DNA of 64,000 nucleotides from the human T2T-CHM13v2.0 reference genome, Homo sapiens: assembly GCF_009914755.1 (NCBI RefSeq), contig NC_060927.1; one strand, given 5' to 3'. The position numbers were made by a program, and so were the translations under genes. Positions 33,887-50,894 of the stretch are shown here, piece by piece (positions within the stretch are counted from its first letter, which is position 1; each line of letters opens with the position of its first letter). The notes under the pieces are model-generated. The model did not search any database and was not told the DNA's origin. It saw only the letters and a list, made by a program, of their open reading frames with translations.

Positions 33887-35175
33887 TGAGTTGTTTATAC
33901 AGTATGAGTTTATGATGAGTAATTAAAACTAAAGAAACAATGTCTTAGAGTAAGTAAATGTTAGTTGAATTTAATGTGTTCCAGAAAAGGATTATAAAGT
34001 ATATTTTCTATTAGATGATTTCATAGTTTTCATTAGAATTGCAGGAATGTACTTTATATCCATAATTATTCTCTCTTACTACTCAAAGATGCAAATAATG
34101 TATCTGTCACATCATGCCATTCACTAAAAGAAATTTATGTCCCAGTATGTATCACATTTCATATAGTAGCTGCTTCCCAAATGTCAAATGGATGGAGAAT
34201 CATCTGCCGAATTCAGTGATCTCATAGTAGGAACTTCTTCTTCTGCTCCAAGATTTTAAAACCTAGAAAATCTGGTCATGCTAAATATAGCAGAAACCCA
34301 CCTTCTGATGTTTAAGATCAGACCTTCATAGAATTTCGTTTACAAAACCCCATTTCCTTGTAAATTACAAATGAGGGACATGGTTAACAATTTAGAAATA
34401 AGTTTAAAAATATCTGTTATATATATTGTTTCTTATTGTAACTGAGGATACATTTTTTTCTCCACGTATAAGTCTGTTTGATCTTTCTTGTTCCTAGAGT
34501 TCAAAGCTAACCTTATAATTGCAACACAGAATTTGTTTTAAGGAAGCCTCATATTGGAAATGTGTTATAGTATTTGGTTTCACTTTCATGTCTTGCAGTA
34601 TCCTGGGAAAACTGACATATTTTACTTTAAGAATTGAATGTCAGGGATTTGTTGTCTGTCCCTTTATTAAGTATAGTATATATGCATACAAAAGCACATT
34701 TTTCTGCATTTAGTAAATAGCCGAGAAGGTAATAGATTATTTTCATTGATCCAAAACATTGTACCTTATCTAAAATGGTCAACTGATAATTACTAAGGTG
34801 TTTTATCAAGCCTGAAAGACTTGTTTATGCAGTAAAGTTATGTCTTCTCAAAAGCTAACCCTTTTACCTTTTGTTGGTGCTTCTGAGTTGGAGGACTATT
34901 ATTGCTACATTTTGTAGCATGAACATTTACAATTTTATTTTAAAATTTATTTGTTTTAAAATGTACTGGTGATAACTAAGTCAAAAAGACTGCTGCCTTG
35001 ATTAGTTGAAATTGGCTTTTCTTTGTTTTTCTTTGTACTTGGGATGATGGAAACATCTTCTTTATAATGTACACTCTGGGTGAGAAAAACTAAACTGTAC
35101 CATATTTTTTGTTTTAAAGCTGTTGCATTTTTTTTATAATCATTTTGTTCTGTCCTCTGCCTTGATTTGCTATAG

Positions 35176-35220
35176 AATGTCTTTCAATCTTCCTTGGCCA
35201 GACAGATCATGTACAGAGCG
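35176..35220 (+). CDS. TBC1D23: TBC1D23 exon 15, 45-nt cassette exon (MSFNLPWPDRSCTER)
   Basis: ctatag|A, CG|gtaagc; symmetric phase 2-2; accounts for 699 vs 684 aa forms. Confidence 0.93.
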
Positions 35221-36214
35221 GTAAGCCAATGAGTAGAGCATTTTTCTTGAACCATCCTTTTCCTTTAATATGCTTCATGCCATCTATAAGCCTCATGCTG
35301 TCTTGGCTCAAATTTCATGCAGCTATTTCAAATGCTAAACTTTCCTCATTCTGCTTTTTAGGAGTGTGTCATGTTTATTGATACACTTTTCTTTTTGTTT
35401 TTTGCTTGATCATTTTAATTTCTTTTCCTGCATGCTTGTTTGTATCACCCATTCCACAGATGAAAATTAAGTTTGTTCAAAACCTGCAGTTTTTATTCTG
35501 AGACAGGGGAAGGTGAAACAAAGAAAGTATGTGGTCGCGAGTTGGCAGGTTATCTGCTTTGGTGCTCATTTGCTTCTATCTCCCGCCTAGCAGCAGAGAA
35601 AATTATAGCACCTAAAAATAGGCACCGTTCATGGTTCAAAATTTTTGTTAATTTGTGTACATTATGTAATTTTATATTTTTAGATTTTTCTTAATAAGAT
35701 GTATGTATATAGGTTGAGTTAGCATATATAAATCTCTTCCAAGAAACTACAGTTCTAGGGTTCTGCCTTTGGTTTTTGTTGAAAAAAAATTACATTTTTT
35801 TCTAGGTAGTTGATTACTTTAATGTATAATCTGTCACTTCTCTAACCCAAATAAAACGAGGTGCTTCTCATTAAAGACAATAAGTTTAAGGTTTAAAAAT
35901 CTACTGGATCTTCAATTAGGGTAACAAAAGAACTTTACTAACTTAACTCTGTGTGACTTTACAGTTCTTATACTCACAGAATTTTTCAGCAATTTAATTT
36001 AGAATATCAATTACAGCAACACCTACAAACATTTAAAAAGAAATTCTATAAATCCTAAGTGGGCCAGAAAAAAAAATAAATTCTAGTCATATTTTCAATG
36101 TAAGTTAAGCTTTGGAATAATGGAATGGAATTTTTCTCGGGTCACTTCAGTATTCTCAGTGACTTGAAGTAGCATTTTTAAGAATAATACTTCACTCTCT
36201 AAGACTATACTTTC

Positions 36215-36385
36215 AGCCGGGCGCAATGGCTCACACCTGTAATCCCAGCACTTTGGGAGTTGGAGGTGGGCGGATCACGAGGTCAGGAGGTTGAGACCAT
36301 CCTGGCTAACATAGTGAAACCCCGTCTCTACAGAGTGAGACTGCGTCTCAAAAAATAATAATAATAATAATAATATAATAATAAT
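36215..36385 (+). mobile_element. AluY-like left arm fused to the 3' terminus, (TAA)n tail
   Basis: CCCCGTCTCTA|CAGAGTGAGACT junction. Confidence 0.88.
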
Positions 36386-37434
36386 AGTTCACCCTCTAAT
36401 AACTTATCTTCTAAGAGTTTTGATTTATTGTGACTATGCCTACACAACGCCAATTACAGGACTTCTGCTAATAATTTTACCTAGCACTACTTTAAAGGAA
36501 ATTGCTTGTTTTAAAATTACAATCTATTTGTGAATCATCCTTTCCATTTTCTTCTGTTACAGGACCATTGAATTAGTCTAATTTTTTTCAACTCCCAAGT
36601 TCTCAAATTATTAATTTTTGTAACTTAAATCATCTCTGATCCACAGGTAGATATATTTGTTTTGAAAAGAGAATCTAATGAGAAGTTAGAATGAATTAGG
36701 TTTCTTTCTAAGCTCAGTAAATTAAAGCCTACTCAAACCATACTATAGATGTTTCTACTATTACCATGGCAAAAAAAGTATAGATATTGTGCTTTAAAAA
36801 ATAGTACAGCTGTTGAATTTTATTCATTTTTAGCCAGTCTTTCAAGAAATGTCTCAATAATCCTTAGCATTCATGTTTATAAAAAATTTGCATTGTATTA
36901 TAAATCTTGATTAACAATTAATAATTTGTTTTTTAGGATTATCTCTTTACTCATACTTTCTGGTTATTTGGTTATCTGGTTACAGCAAATGCTTATTCGC
37001 TGTAAACATTTATCTTTGTTACTTTTTATGTTATGGCAGTTTAATTGTGCTTAATATTAGGAGAAAACTTATAATCTAATCTATATAAAATTTTACAATC
37101 TAGATGGCATCAAAGCATTTTTAGATAAAGCTCTTACCTCTGTCTTTGCTTTTTGTAAGAAAGCTGAATCTGAGTTTCAAAGGCATCCAAATTATATCAT
37201 TTTCTATCTCTCATGAGCATAGTTTGGTAATTTACAGGACAATTTTGTATTAGATATATTTTAACATAAAACCAAATGATTATGTCACTTGTAATTTAAT
37301 CAGACTTTAAGCCTATGTATTGATTAACCTAACTTGTAATTTCCAAAGAATATTTGTTATACACTAAACTCTCATTATATTTATTGAGGAATGTTATTTT
37401 GGAAGAAGTAAATCAACAAAATTAGGCTACAAAA

Positions 37435-37746
<312 letters not shown>

Positions 37747-37830
37747 ACAAAAAAAATTTTTATTGATAGTGTGTAAAGTATAGATTTGATCTCTATCTTC
37801 TGGGAAATTTGAATTCTAAACCTAAGTAAA

Positions 37831-38243
<413 letters not shown>

Positions 38244-38482
38244 CTAGAGTCTTCCTTTGTAGTAGGTAATTTTAGCTGAACCTTATCCTACAAGTAAAAC
38301 AATGCTTTTCCCCTCAGAAACATGTAGTATTTTATTGACACATTTTAATTTTACCTGTTAGTTTATTTGGGATTACCTGAAAATTAATAGGATATTAATT
38401 TTTATATTCCAAAGAAAGGTCACACTTCCTATAGACCTAATCAAGTTTGAGTTTACATGTTATTTATGCCTCTGCCTTTTGA

Positions 38483-38803
<321 letters not shown>

Positions 38804-39405
38804 GAGGCAGATTCATTTTTATGGCTTATATTTACACAACAAAAGTAGAATCTTCATTTCTATTGAAACAAAAGTAACAGTAATAAAAAAATGTGAAGAT
38901 AACCCTTAAGACACCTGCACTTATATGAGAAGCCTTAACCAATCATATTGGAATTTGAATATTTGGTGTTAGTAACTTATTTTACCTAACAGACATGAAG
39001 GTAGCACCAGGCATTGTCCTAATAGTTTTACAATAAAATTGACTGATTTAGTTCTTACTATAACCCTGACAGGTAGATATTGTTAGCACTATTTTACAGA
39101 GGAGGAATCAGAAACACAAAAGGCTAAATAACTTCCGCAAGGCCAAACAGATCTAAGCATTGGTTTTAATATGGATATTGAAATTGTTTAAAATTTAATT
39201 TTTACATATTTAAGAGCATTCAGCCTACCAAGGCCTTATGCCACTTTTGCTAACATAATTTCTTTATCTTCTTTTAATTTCCTTAACATAGCTCTCCTAA
39301 AACTATGGGTAGTACATGGGGTTTTGGGGGGGTCAGGTAAGGAATAATTACATTTTGTGTGAATATTCAAATGATGCTTGGTAAAAATCTTTGATAACTT
39401 CTTAA

Positions 39406-39627
<222 letters not shown>

Positions 39628-39720
39628 TGAGATTCTGTAGAAATAATTGGAGAATCTGTGGCTTTCTATTAAGAGTTTGGTTTTAGACACCTTGAATTGT
39701 TGTACGTATTAGAAATCCAA

Positions 39721-39819
39721 GCACCAACATGGCACATGTATACATATGTAACAAACCTGCATGTTGTGCGCATGTACCCTAAAACTTAAAGTATAATAAT
39801 AATAAAATTTTAAAAAAAA
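39721..39819 (+). mobile_element. Extremely 5'-truncated L1PA 3' end
   Basis: CCAACATGGCACATGTATAC...ACTTAAAGTATAATAATAATAAAA; TSD AATCCAAGCA. Confidence 0.9.
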
Positions 39820-39946
39820 GGAATCCAAGCAGAAATGTTGAGTAGAGGCAGTTGATTATAGGTGTCTTCAGCTAAGGAGAGAGGTTTAAACTGATGATAA
39901 TTTGGAGGCTATCAGTGTGGAAATAGTATTTAAATCCAAGTGATGG

Positions 39947-39986
39947 GATTGAAATCCCTTTGATCAGATTGAAATTCCTTTGATCA
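39947..39986. repeat. 20-bp tandem duplication
   Basis: GATTGAAATYCCTTTGATCA x2. Confidence 0.85.
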
Positions 39987-40152
39987 GCCACCTAGGAGAT
40001 TGAGAGTTGTGGGACTAAAGCACTGAAAATTACAAAATTGAGACATCTGAAGTCTTGAAACTGGAGGCAATATCCTAAAGGGCCACAAGATGGTGATACT
40101 GTGTCAGGGAAGTTTATCTTCTCTGTGGTTATGTTTTAAAAAAAATAATTTA

Positions 40153-40440
40153 GGCCGGGCGCGGTGGTTCACGCTGTAATCCCAGCACTTTGGGAGGCTG
40201 AGGCGGGCGGATCACTTGAGGTCAGGAGTTCAAGACCAACATGATGAAACTGTGTCTCTACTAAAAGTACAAAAATTAGCTGGGCATGGGAGTGCATGCC
40301 CATAATCCCAGCTAATTGGGAAGCTGAGGCAAGAGAATCGCTTTAACCCAGGAGGCGGAGGTGCAGTGAGCCAAGATCATGCTACTACATTCCAGCCTAG
40401 GTGACACAGCAAGACTCTGTCTCAAAAAAAAAAAAAAAAA
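40153..40440 (+). mobile_element. Alu (S-type)
   Basis: Dimer with poly-A. Confidence 0.92.
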
Positions 40441-40483
40441 TTTAGTCTTTGGTTTATAATTCTACTGTCCAGCTTATCCTAAT

Positions 40484-40573
40484 TAAGCAATCATAACTAA
40501 TATTGGTTAATATGTGTATTGAGTTAGGTAAGCAGTCATAACTAATATTGGTTAATATGTGTACTGAGTTAGG
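40484..40573. repeat. 45-bp tandem duplication
   Basis: TAAGCARTCATAACTAATATTGG..GAGTTAGG x2. Confidence 0.9.
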
Positions 40574-41986
40574 GAAAAAATATATAAATGTACAGAATGA
40601 GAAAAAAAGACTCCCAAATCTCACCTTGCTTTTTCCAGTTAGTAATAAATACATGTTGCATATTTTCCATTTCAGCTCATGTATCTCCTCATTCTCCTTC
40701 TATCATATAAACATACCATACTTTATTTAGTCAGTCTTCCAGTTGACACTGGTGGTTTTCCAGGTTTTTTGTTTGTTTCAAATGACACTGGATCTTTATA
40801 TAAAGATATATATGTAGATTAGCTTCTGATGACAGTATATTCAGAGGGTAAATTCTGCTAAGAATTTTAAATTTTAAATCTTACTGCTAAGTAAGATTGC
40901 TAGGTTATAGGGAATCACATTTGACATTTTAATAGATACATGAAATCACTTTTCAGAAAACTTGCAGAGAGGTAAATGTGATATTTCTGCTTGTTTCCTT
41001 TTCTTCTTTTTTCCCCTCTCTGTTGCCATCTCTTTCTGTTAACTCTCTGAATATCTCAACTTCTTCCATTAACAAAGGGGAGAGGCAAATGGATGAATAA
41101 ATTGTGTCATATTTACATTTATCATGTATCTACACACACATATTTACAATATGGAAAATTGGACCATAATGAAAGTGAGAAAACTGAAACTATGTGTATC
41201 AGTATGTATGAATTTCAGATGTTGGGAGTAGGGTAGCAGTTGTGGAAGAATGCAGTTGAGTAGTCTACTTTTTATATACATTTATATACATTTAAGTGTA
41301 TATATACATTTATATACATTTAAGTATAGAATACTACTGTATATTATTTAGGGATATGCATATATGTTAAAGCAAAGACATGTATGGAACTGATAACACC
41401 AAATTCAGATAATTAGTATTTCTTGGTGGGGAAGGGAGGAGAATGTGAGTAGGAGGAGATACATGAGAGTTTCACTTTTGTTTAAGCTGGTGTAGATAAC
41501 GTGCGATTTCCTTTTTCATTATGTCTCTATATTTTGCAGTATTTGTTAGAAAGCAAAGGACAGAACCTGTAATTATTTACCTTAGAGACTGTATTATCCC
41601 TTTCTTAAATTAGAAAATATAATTATTTTATATTTCTCTTAGGGAAAATAACCTTAAATTTTTACTTATTTATCTCAGGATTGATTTTATTATTTTCCTT
41701 AAAATCAAAAAAGCAGCAAGATAAAACGAAATCTGCCATCTTTACTCTCAAGATAGGTGCCTATTGTTTAACAATTCAGCCATCTCTTTACAGACTAGTC
41801 AGATCATAGTTAAGTTATGCATATCAAAACAATTGAAATACCCCAAATGGTTTAATCTTTAAAAGTGTATTCTTAATATTTAAACCTGACTTTGTTACCA
41901 TATGAAAGTGATGTTTGATAATAATATTTCTATATTATCAGTGGCATAAGGAAATAGAGTAGCAGGATTAGAATTGATTGCGTTAT

Positions 41987-42295
<309 letters not shown>

Positions 42296-42391
42296 GTTTG
42301 TTTTTCAATCCATATCTTCAAAATACTACTGAAATTTTTTTAGACTGTTAGGGAATGTATCATTTTAAAAGTTGGTAATATCCATATTTAA

Positions 42392-42553
<162 letters not shown>

Positions 42554-42769
42554 TAAAAATGTCTTCATAAGAAGTAAAATTGAATTTGGGGAAGTTAATA
42601 ATACAAAACTGAACTACAGAAGAACCTTTATTTATCCTAGTACAATAAGATATAATTCCCTTCTGTCTACTTGTATTACAGGTCTTGAATTTACAGTATT
42701 ATGTAATTTTTATTTTGAAAAATTTTATACAAAAATGTTGAAGGAATAGTACATTGAACACCCTTATGA

Positions 42770-43070
<301 letters not shown>

Positions 43071-44050
43071 TGATTCTTAGATTTATCAACTGTTACCACC
43101 TTTTAATACCACCCCATTTCGTATGTATATATATATACATATGCATGTATATGTACATTTTTGTCAAACCTTTCAAAAGAAGTCTACAAATGTGACACTT
43201 CATCCCTAAATGCTTCAGCATAAACTTCCCAAGTATATGAGCATTCTCCTGCACAACTTCAATGCCATTACCCCACCTAAAAATTTTTGTAAATTAACAT
43301 CATTTAACATACAGATCATACCCCAAATTTTCAGTGTCCCCAAAGTATCTTTTGTAGTGTGTTTTTTCTTTGGTGATCCATGATCCAGTTCATGGTTTAC
43401 ACATTGCATTGTCTGTTATGTGTCTTTAGTCTCACCCTGTGTACAGCAGAACTCATCCCCCCACCCCCTCGCTTCCCTTTTCTCTTCATGATGAATGAAT
43501 CCTTTGAGTCCAGGTCAATCATCCTACAGAATGTTCCACATTCTGCACTTGTCTGATAACTGTCGTATTGTATTACTGTACATAAAAAATGTGAGAGTAT
43601 TATATTAAAAAGAAGCTGAGATACAGGGGTTGGGTGAGTGTTAATAATACTATGCTCATTTTGCCTTCAGGATCCAGTTACAGAATGTTTACAAAATATG
43701 TAGGGAAACCCAACAATTGCCTAGTGATCTTGGATATTAGATATAGGATATGGTGCATTGAATGAGAATAGTTTATGAATATAGGTAATAGCGTTAAAAA
43801 ATCTGAAACGTAATATACTCCATTTCAATAAAAAATATATTATTGTAGTGATTTCTATGTTGTATGGAACTTTTTATTATATTTATTATATTTTCAATCA
43901 TTGCAGGATTATCTGTTAATAAAATATTAATTTTGCATACAATTAAAAGGTGTTAATGTGTAGCTTACTTGTTTATAGATTAACCTCTGTTTATATCTTT
44001 TAACTCAATTTTATTTAGAGTTGAACATTTCTAATAATTGAGATGGTTGA

Positions 44051-44314
<264 letters not shown>

Positions 44315-45449
44315 TAAGATTTTCCTTAAGATAATATTATCTGAATTCAGATATTATCTGAATTACTGTAGTTCACTATAAAGAGTTTGTTTCTTTATTT
44401 TGGGGAATGGATGGTGGAATAGGATAGCTGAACCACTTTTAGTGTTTCTTATCTCTTTCTCCGGAGTCCTTAGTCATGTGTGGTTTAGCCATTAGCACAT
44501 GATTTGAGTAAGTGCCATAGCTAATTTCATAAAGTTTCTGACCCAAGGATCCTTATTGTTAATCTGTACCAGTGCTGCACTAATTGCTGGCTTGCAGAGA
44601 AATAAGAAACTTGTTTTAGAATATGTTGATATTTTTATTTTCCTTCATCGAAAAATTCTTGTTTTGACAAACTGTCAGTGAACTAAGCAGTGTGCTGGGT
44701 GATATAGGTAATTTACAGCCTGGTACAAGCCCCCCTTTGTCTCATTGTGGGTCACTAACAGTTCACAGACTGGCCCAAGAGCTGTGGACCACACTGATAT
44801 TGATACTAAACCATTTTTTAATTATAGATAAAAATATGAAGCCCAGAGGGGTGGAATGACTTCCCAGATCCTAACACTTAGTTTGTGACAGAACCAAATA
44901 TAGCCTTCCTGACTCCTGATTTGTGGTTTATTATACCTTGCATCAGTTCAAGTTGTTCCCCCACTGGGATTTAGGATTACACTTATTATTTACAGGAGTG
45001 CTTGGATAAATAGTAAGCTTAAGGTTATATCGCAGCACTTTTAAATAATCAACTTCAGTTGGAAGAGGAAATTATTCAGCTTCTTTCATCTTGTACTGAC
45101 AATTAGGTAGCAAACATCATGAATCTATACTGTTTTATGTAATTTGTTAAAAGAAAATAATACCTGATTTGTAAAAAAAAAAAAAATCACTTCATTGCTT
45201 TATGTAAGAATAAATATTTACATAGTGATATTTTCAATTAATAATATAAAGAATATGTCATTCTAATTCTCTGTTAACACATTGATGTGTATCTTCTCAG
45301 ATTTTTTTTAATGCATATGTTATTTCTCTACTAAAAACTAGATAAATGTGATATAGGCTTGTTTTTGTGTTCTGATTTTTTAAGAAAATAGTATAGTGTG
45401 AATATACTTACATTTTAATAAATATAAATTTTTTAAAATTAATTAATTA

Positions 45450-45735
45450 ATTTTTTTGAGACGGAGTCTCTGTCACTCAGGCTAGAGTGCAGTGTTGCAA
45501 TCACGGCTCACTGTAAGCTCCGCCTCCCAGGTTCACACCATTCTCCCTGCCTCAGCCTACCGAGTAGCTGGGACTAGAGGCGCCCGCCACCATGCCCAGC
45601 TAATTTTTTTATTTTTAGTAGAGATGGGGTTTCACCGTGTTAGCCAGGATGGTCTCCATCTCCTGACCTCGTGATCCACCCACCTTGGCCTCCCAAAGTG
45701 CTGAGATTACAGGAGTGAGCCACCGTGCCCGGCCC
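45450..45735 (-). mobile_element. AluY-like
   Basis: TSD AATAAATATAAATT. Confidence 0.9.
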
Positions 45736-46779
45736 AATAAATATAAATTCTTAGCTTTTTAATGGTAGATATTCTGTTATAAGGATTTCTCAGGAGATTG
45801 ATTTAACAAGCCTCATGTTGATTGGCATTTACATTGTTTTCATGTGTTTCACTATTAATCTTCTAGTGGGCCTTTAAAAACATGTATGTTTACATAGTTG
45901 TCCAATTAGTCTTCTCAGGATAAATTCCTGCAAGTAGATTCAATGGGTGAGAGGTATACACATTTTAATATCTACTTATAAATTAATCCTAACCAAAGGA
46001 GATTTGAATTATGACTCTCTCATGTATAGTAAAAGTTGGGAATTGTGTTTTAAAGGCTTTCCCACAAATTTTGCTAAATAAATTGAAGTTTATTATATAT
46101 GGATCAACATCTTTTTTTTTTTAATTCAGAGTTTTGGAAGATAGTCTTAATAGTGGAAGATAAAGTAACTAGATTCTCTCTCTCCCTTTCTTCATTGATA
46201 TTTATGGTTCTCTATTCTGCCTCGCATATAACACTCATAGATGATTTATACAGTGGAATTGTTAGGTTTTACCGAAGATGCTTTTTTAAAAAAATACCAC
46301 TATTTTTATTCTCCAAGAAAAGAAAATTGACATTTAATCTATGGTGTTGATATTTTGCAATAGTTATCATAAGTCTTATCTTTTTTAAATATTTCAGACC
46401 TCATAACGCCATTTTATTATGTACATAACCCTCTGTAAAGTTTGGATAACTATAGCTACTTTTTATATAGGAATCTGTTTTAGTGAACTTAAATTATTTG
46501 CTTAAAGTCAAACTATTAAGTGTTGGAATTGTCATTGTCTTTGGAATTGGATACCAACAATTCATGTGTGATTTTTGTAGCTAATTGAAGGTACATCTGT
46601 ATTGGGGAGTGGAATATTATATTTTTTATCTTGTGTTTTATCTAGCTATTACCTATATTTAATAATGGTTCAAAGAATTTTAGCTTTACACTATATGAAA
46701 AATCACATTGCCTTTGCATTTAGATTTTCTTTCGAAATAAGCTTTGGATTATGTTCAAATAAGCTATGGGAGTACATAG

Positions 46780-47010
<231 letters not shown>

Positions 47011-48580
47011 TATAAAAGAAAATTATATAAAAAGAAATTAAGACAACCAAGAGAAACATGGACATATACCTCCTGACTGAATACTAACTGGAGACCTTTC
47101 ATTTGCTCATGGGGCTGCTTAAATAGCAGGTCTAAGAAAGTGTAAATTATTATAATCAATCTGTGGACAGTAAACTTTTTAAAAATTTTTCTTCTGCATT
47201 TTGGTTTTATAAAATGATGTATTATAAAGGTCAGTTATTAAATTACTTTGAAGTAACTGACCCTGTGCCCTTATGGACTAAGTAAGGGTACAGAATGCAG
47301 TTCTGTTTTGAAGAGCTGTTTTAAGGGAACATGCATCACTTTCGGGATCAAAAACAACTGTACACATACATATCTGCAGTGTCTTCACTGAAAATTAGAG
47401 ATAGAATTAGTTGAAGAGACTTCCTTAATTGCTACATTGTTTTACTCACTGAGCAATATCAGAAACTAAAACATAGATTAATAATTCACTCACTGTTTCT
47501 ATTCTTCTTAAAAAGAGTGAAATCTTTTTAATGGAATGGTTGAAGATTCCTGCCAACTCAAAATACAGTACAGCTAGTAAAATGTTGAAACATCAGTTTC
47601 TAAATCACCTTTGCTCCATTAGCTAATTTTTTGGACACTAAATGCTTCAAAGATAAGAAACTTCATCCTAATGATTTCTAAAGAGCAGTTAAAAGCATTA
47701 AAATAAGTAGGTAGGCTGTTAAGATTAAAATTAACATTTTGGGGACAGAATTGTGTCTGTAAAAATGTCATTGGTTTTATTACAAGCGGATTATTTTATT
47801 CATATTTTAAAACAAATGTTTAAGCCACATTGATTTATCCTCACTGAGGATTATGGTCTGTGACCACAGTAATATCCACTTATATAAATGCCAAATAATC
47901 AGAGAGCTTATAAAGTACAATTGTTTTTGTCATCATTTTCTGAATTTCTTTCTCTTCTTTTGGTTTTGTCCTCTCATTGAAGTTCCAGTGGTTTGAAATT
48001 AGTTTTGGACACATTGTCTTAATGTACTGAAAATTGCTCTGCTGTATTTTGCAGCGTTCTTCATTTAATTTATAATGGTCCATATTAGACACATTTGGTA
48101 AGAGAAGTCCAGGAACACATTTAGGGCCATGGAATAGTATTTTGTAAAATCCATTTGGGAAGTTGCAATACCCACAATCTGACATGTCCTAAAATGTAAG
48201 GGATTATCTCTAAGGGGTTGATGGGAGAAATATTTAGATGTACCCTGTTAACAGCCAGTCATTTTGATTTACTTATGGAAATCAAGTGAATAAAAGGCAA
48301 CATAATTTGGGAAATTTTATTCTAATATCTAATAAAAACAGTTTGAGTGGTTGAAGACATCTGCATGAAATTGCACCTAGGTGCATTACTTGATATAACT
48401 CTCCCCTAAAACTGTTGTAATTGCATTTTTTCCCTTTTCTTGGCACCCCTTTAGAAATGTACTGAAGTCTCATTTTTCACCCATTTCAGCCATGGGACAT
48501 TTTTCATAATATTAATGTAAAGATGTTTGTGTTACTGTTTATAAATTACAATTGTAAATAAATTACTAGTTTGCCCAAAA
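47011..48580 (+). other. TBC1D23: TBC1D23 3'UTR
   Basis: Repeat-free AU-rich stretch after the stop; end inferred from the polyA signal. Confidence 0.75.
48557..48562 (+). terminator. Likely main polyadenylation signal AATAAA of TBC1D23
   Basis: AATAAA with upstream TGTA and downstream GT/T-rich tract (48581-48620); other AATAAA at 48289 and 48331. Confidence 0.7.
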
Positions 48581-49261
48581 CTTTGTTCTTAAAGACACTG
48601 TCTCTCTCTTTCTTTTCCCTATTTGCAAATCTCTTAAGGTCACAAAATTAGAGAATTGAAGGCATGTAGTAAGTTACCTACTACCATGAACTACACAGTT
48701 ACAGGATTATTTATGACTATTAAATGAAAATACATTTCATTGACTGTTCTAGGCACTTGTGTAGATCATCCTCCCTTCACTGGCCCACTGACCACAGAGC
48801 TGGGAATCACTCTGGGGTGGCCACCTCTCATGGGCTCTTGTGATTGCAAAGGTTGCAACTTTAGGAGGTTGTTTTTTGTATTTTCAAGATAAGGAAACCA
48901 AGGCTCAAAGAAATTGAGTGAAAAGAGAAAGTATTCCTCTTATCTCCACACTCCTTGGAAATTATTTTTGTCTGTGAAGGTATACAATTATTTCTCCTAT
49001 ATAGGATTGATGCCATTTGCCCACCATTAATAAAACTTGGTCAGTATGATAAATTTGTATTGACATACTCAACCATTTTTGTCACTGGTATGTTTCACAC
49101 AGGACCTTTAACTCCTTAGCACGATACTCTTACATTAGACTAACCAGCCATAAATTGGCAGTCCTAGTTAAAATTCATAGTTTGATGTGGGGGAACCCCA
49201 ACTCTATAGGTTGAATGAGTAATGAATGTAATATCTCAGTTTGATCACTAACATCTTGAAC

Positions 49262-50300
<1,039 letters not shown>

Positions 50301-50894
50301 GGGTACACCCACAAGTTCACTAACAGGGCAAGGAAAAACAGGTTGCCCATTTTTCATATCAGTGGAGTTTGATGGAAAGAGAGGTGCATTTTTGGAGTTG
50401 TTGTTATGTGTCAGAGACTTTGGAGAAATTGATTAAGGAAGGATTTTCATTTTCCTGATTGATAAGAAAAGAATTCAGCTATGGTCACTTACCCCTGCTA
50501 GAATGTTATGCAGTGTATTATGTGGCATGCAGTGTGTTACATAGTGCTTAACAAAAATATTTTTTATCAAGGACTTTTAAGGATCAAGGACTTAGATCTA
50601 AGACCTGAAACTATAAAAATTCTAGAAGATAACACCAGAAAAACCCTTCTAGACACTGGCTTAGGCAAGGATTTCATGACCAAGAACCCAAAAGCAAATG
50701 CAATAAAAACAAAGATAAATATTTGGGACAATTAAACTAAAGAGCTTTTTTCACGGCAAAAGGAACAATCAGCAAACAGACAACCCACAGAGTGGGAGAA
50801 AATCTTCACAATCTATACATCTGAAAAAGGACTAATATCCAGAATCTACAACAAACTCAAATTAGCAAGAAAAAAATCCCATCAAAAAGTGTGC

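Noticed and set aside
35532-35541. GGTCGCGAGT as a TCTCGCGAGA-type promoter motif
   Set aside because: Flanks mismatch and there is no CpG island context
44330-44365. Palindromic duplication ATCTGAATTCAGAT after exon 18 as an RNA gene or regulatory hairpin
   Set aside because: Short and AT-rich; explained by local duplication
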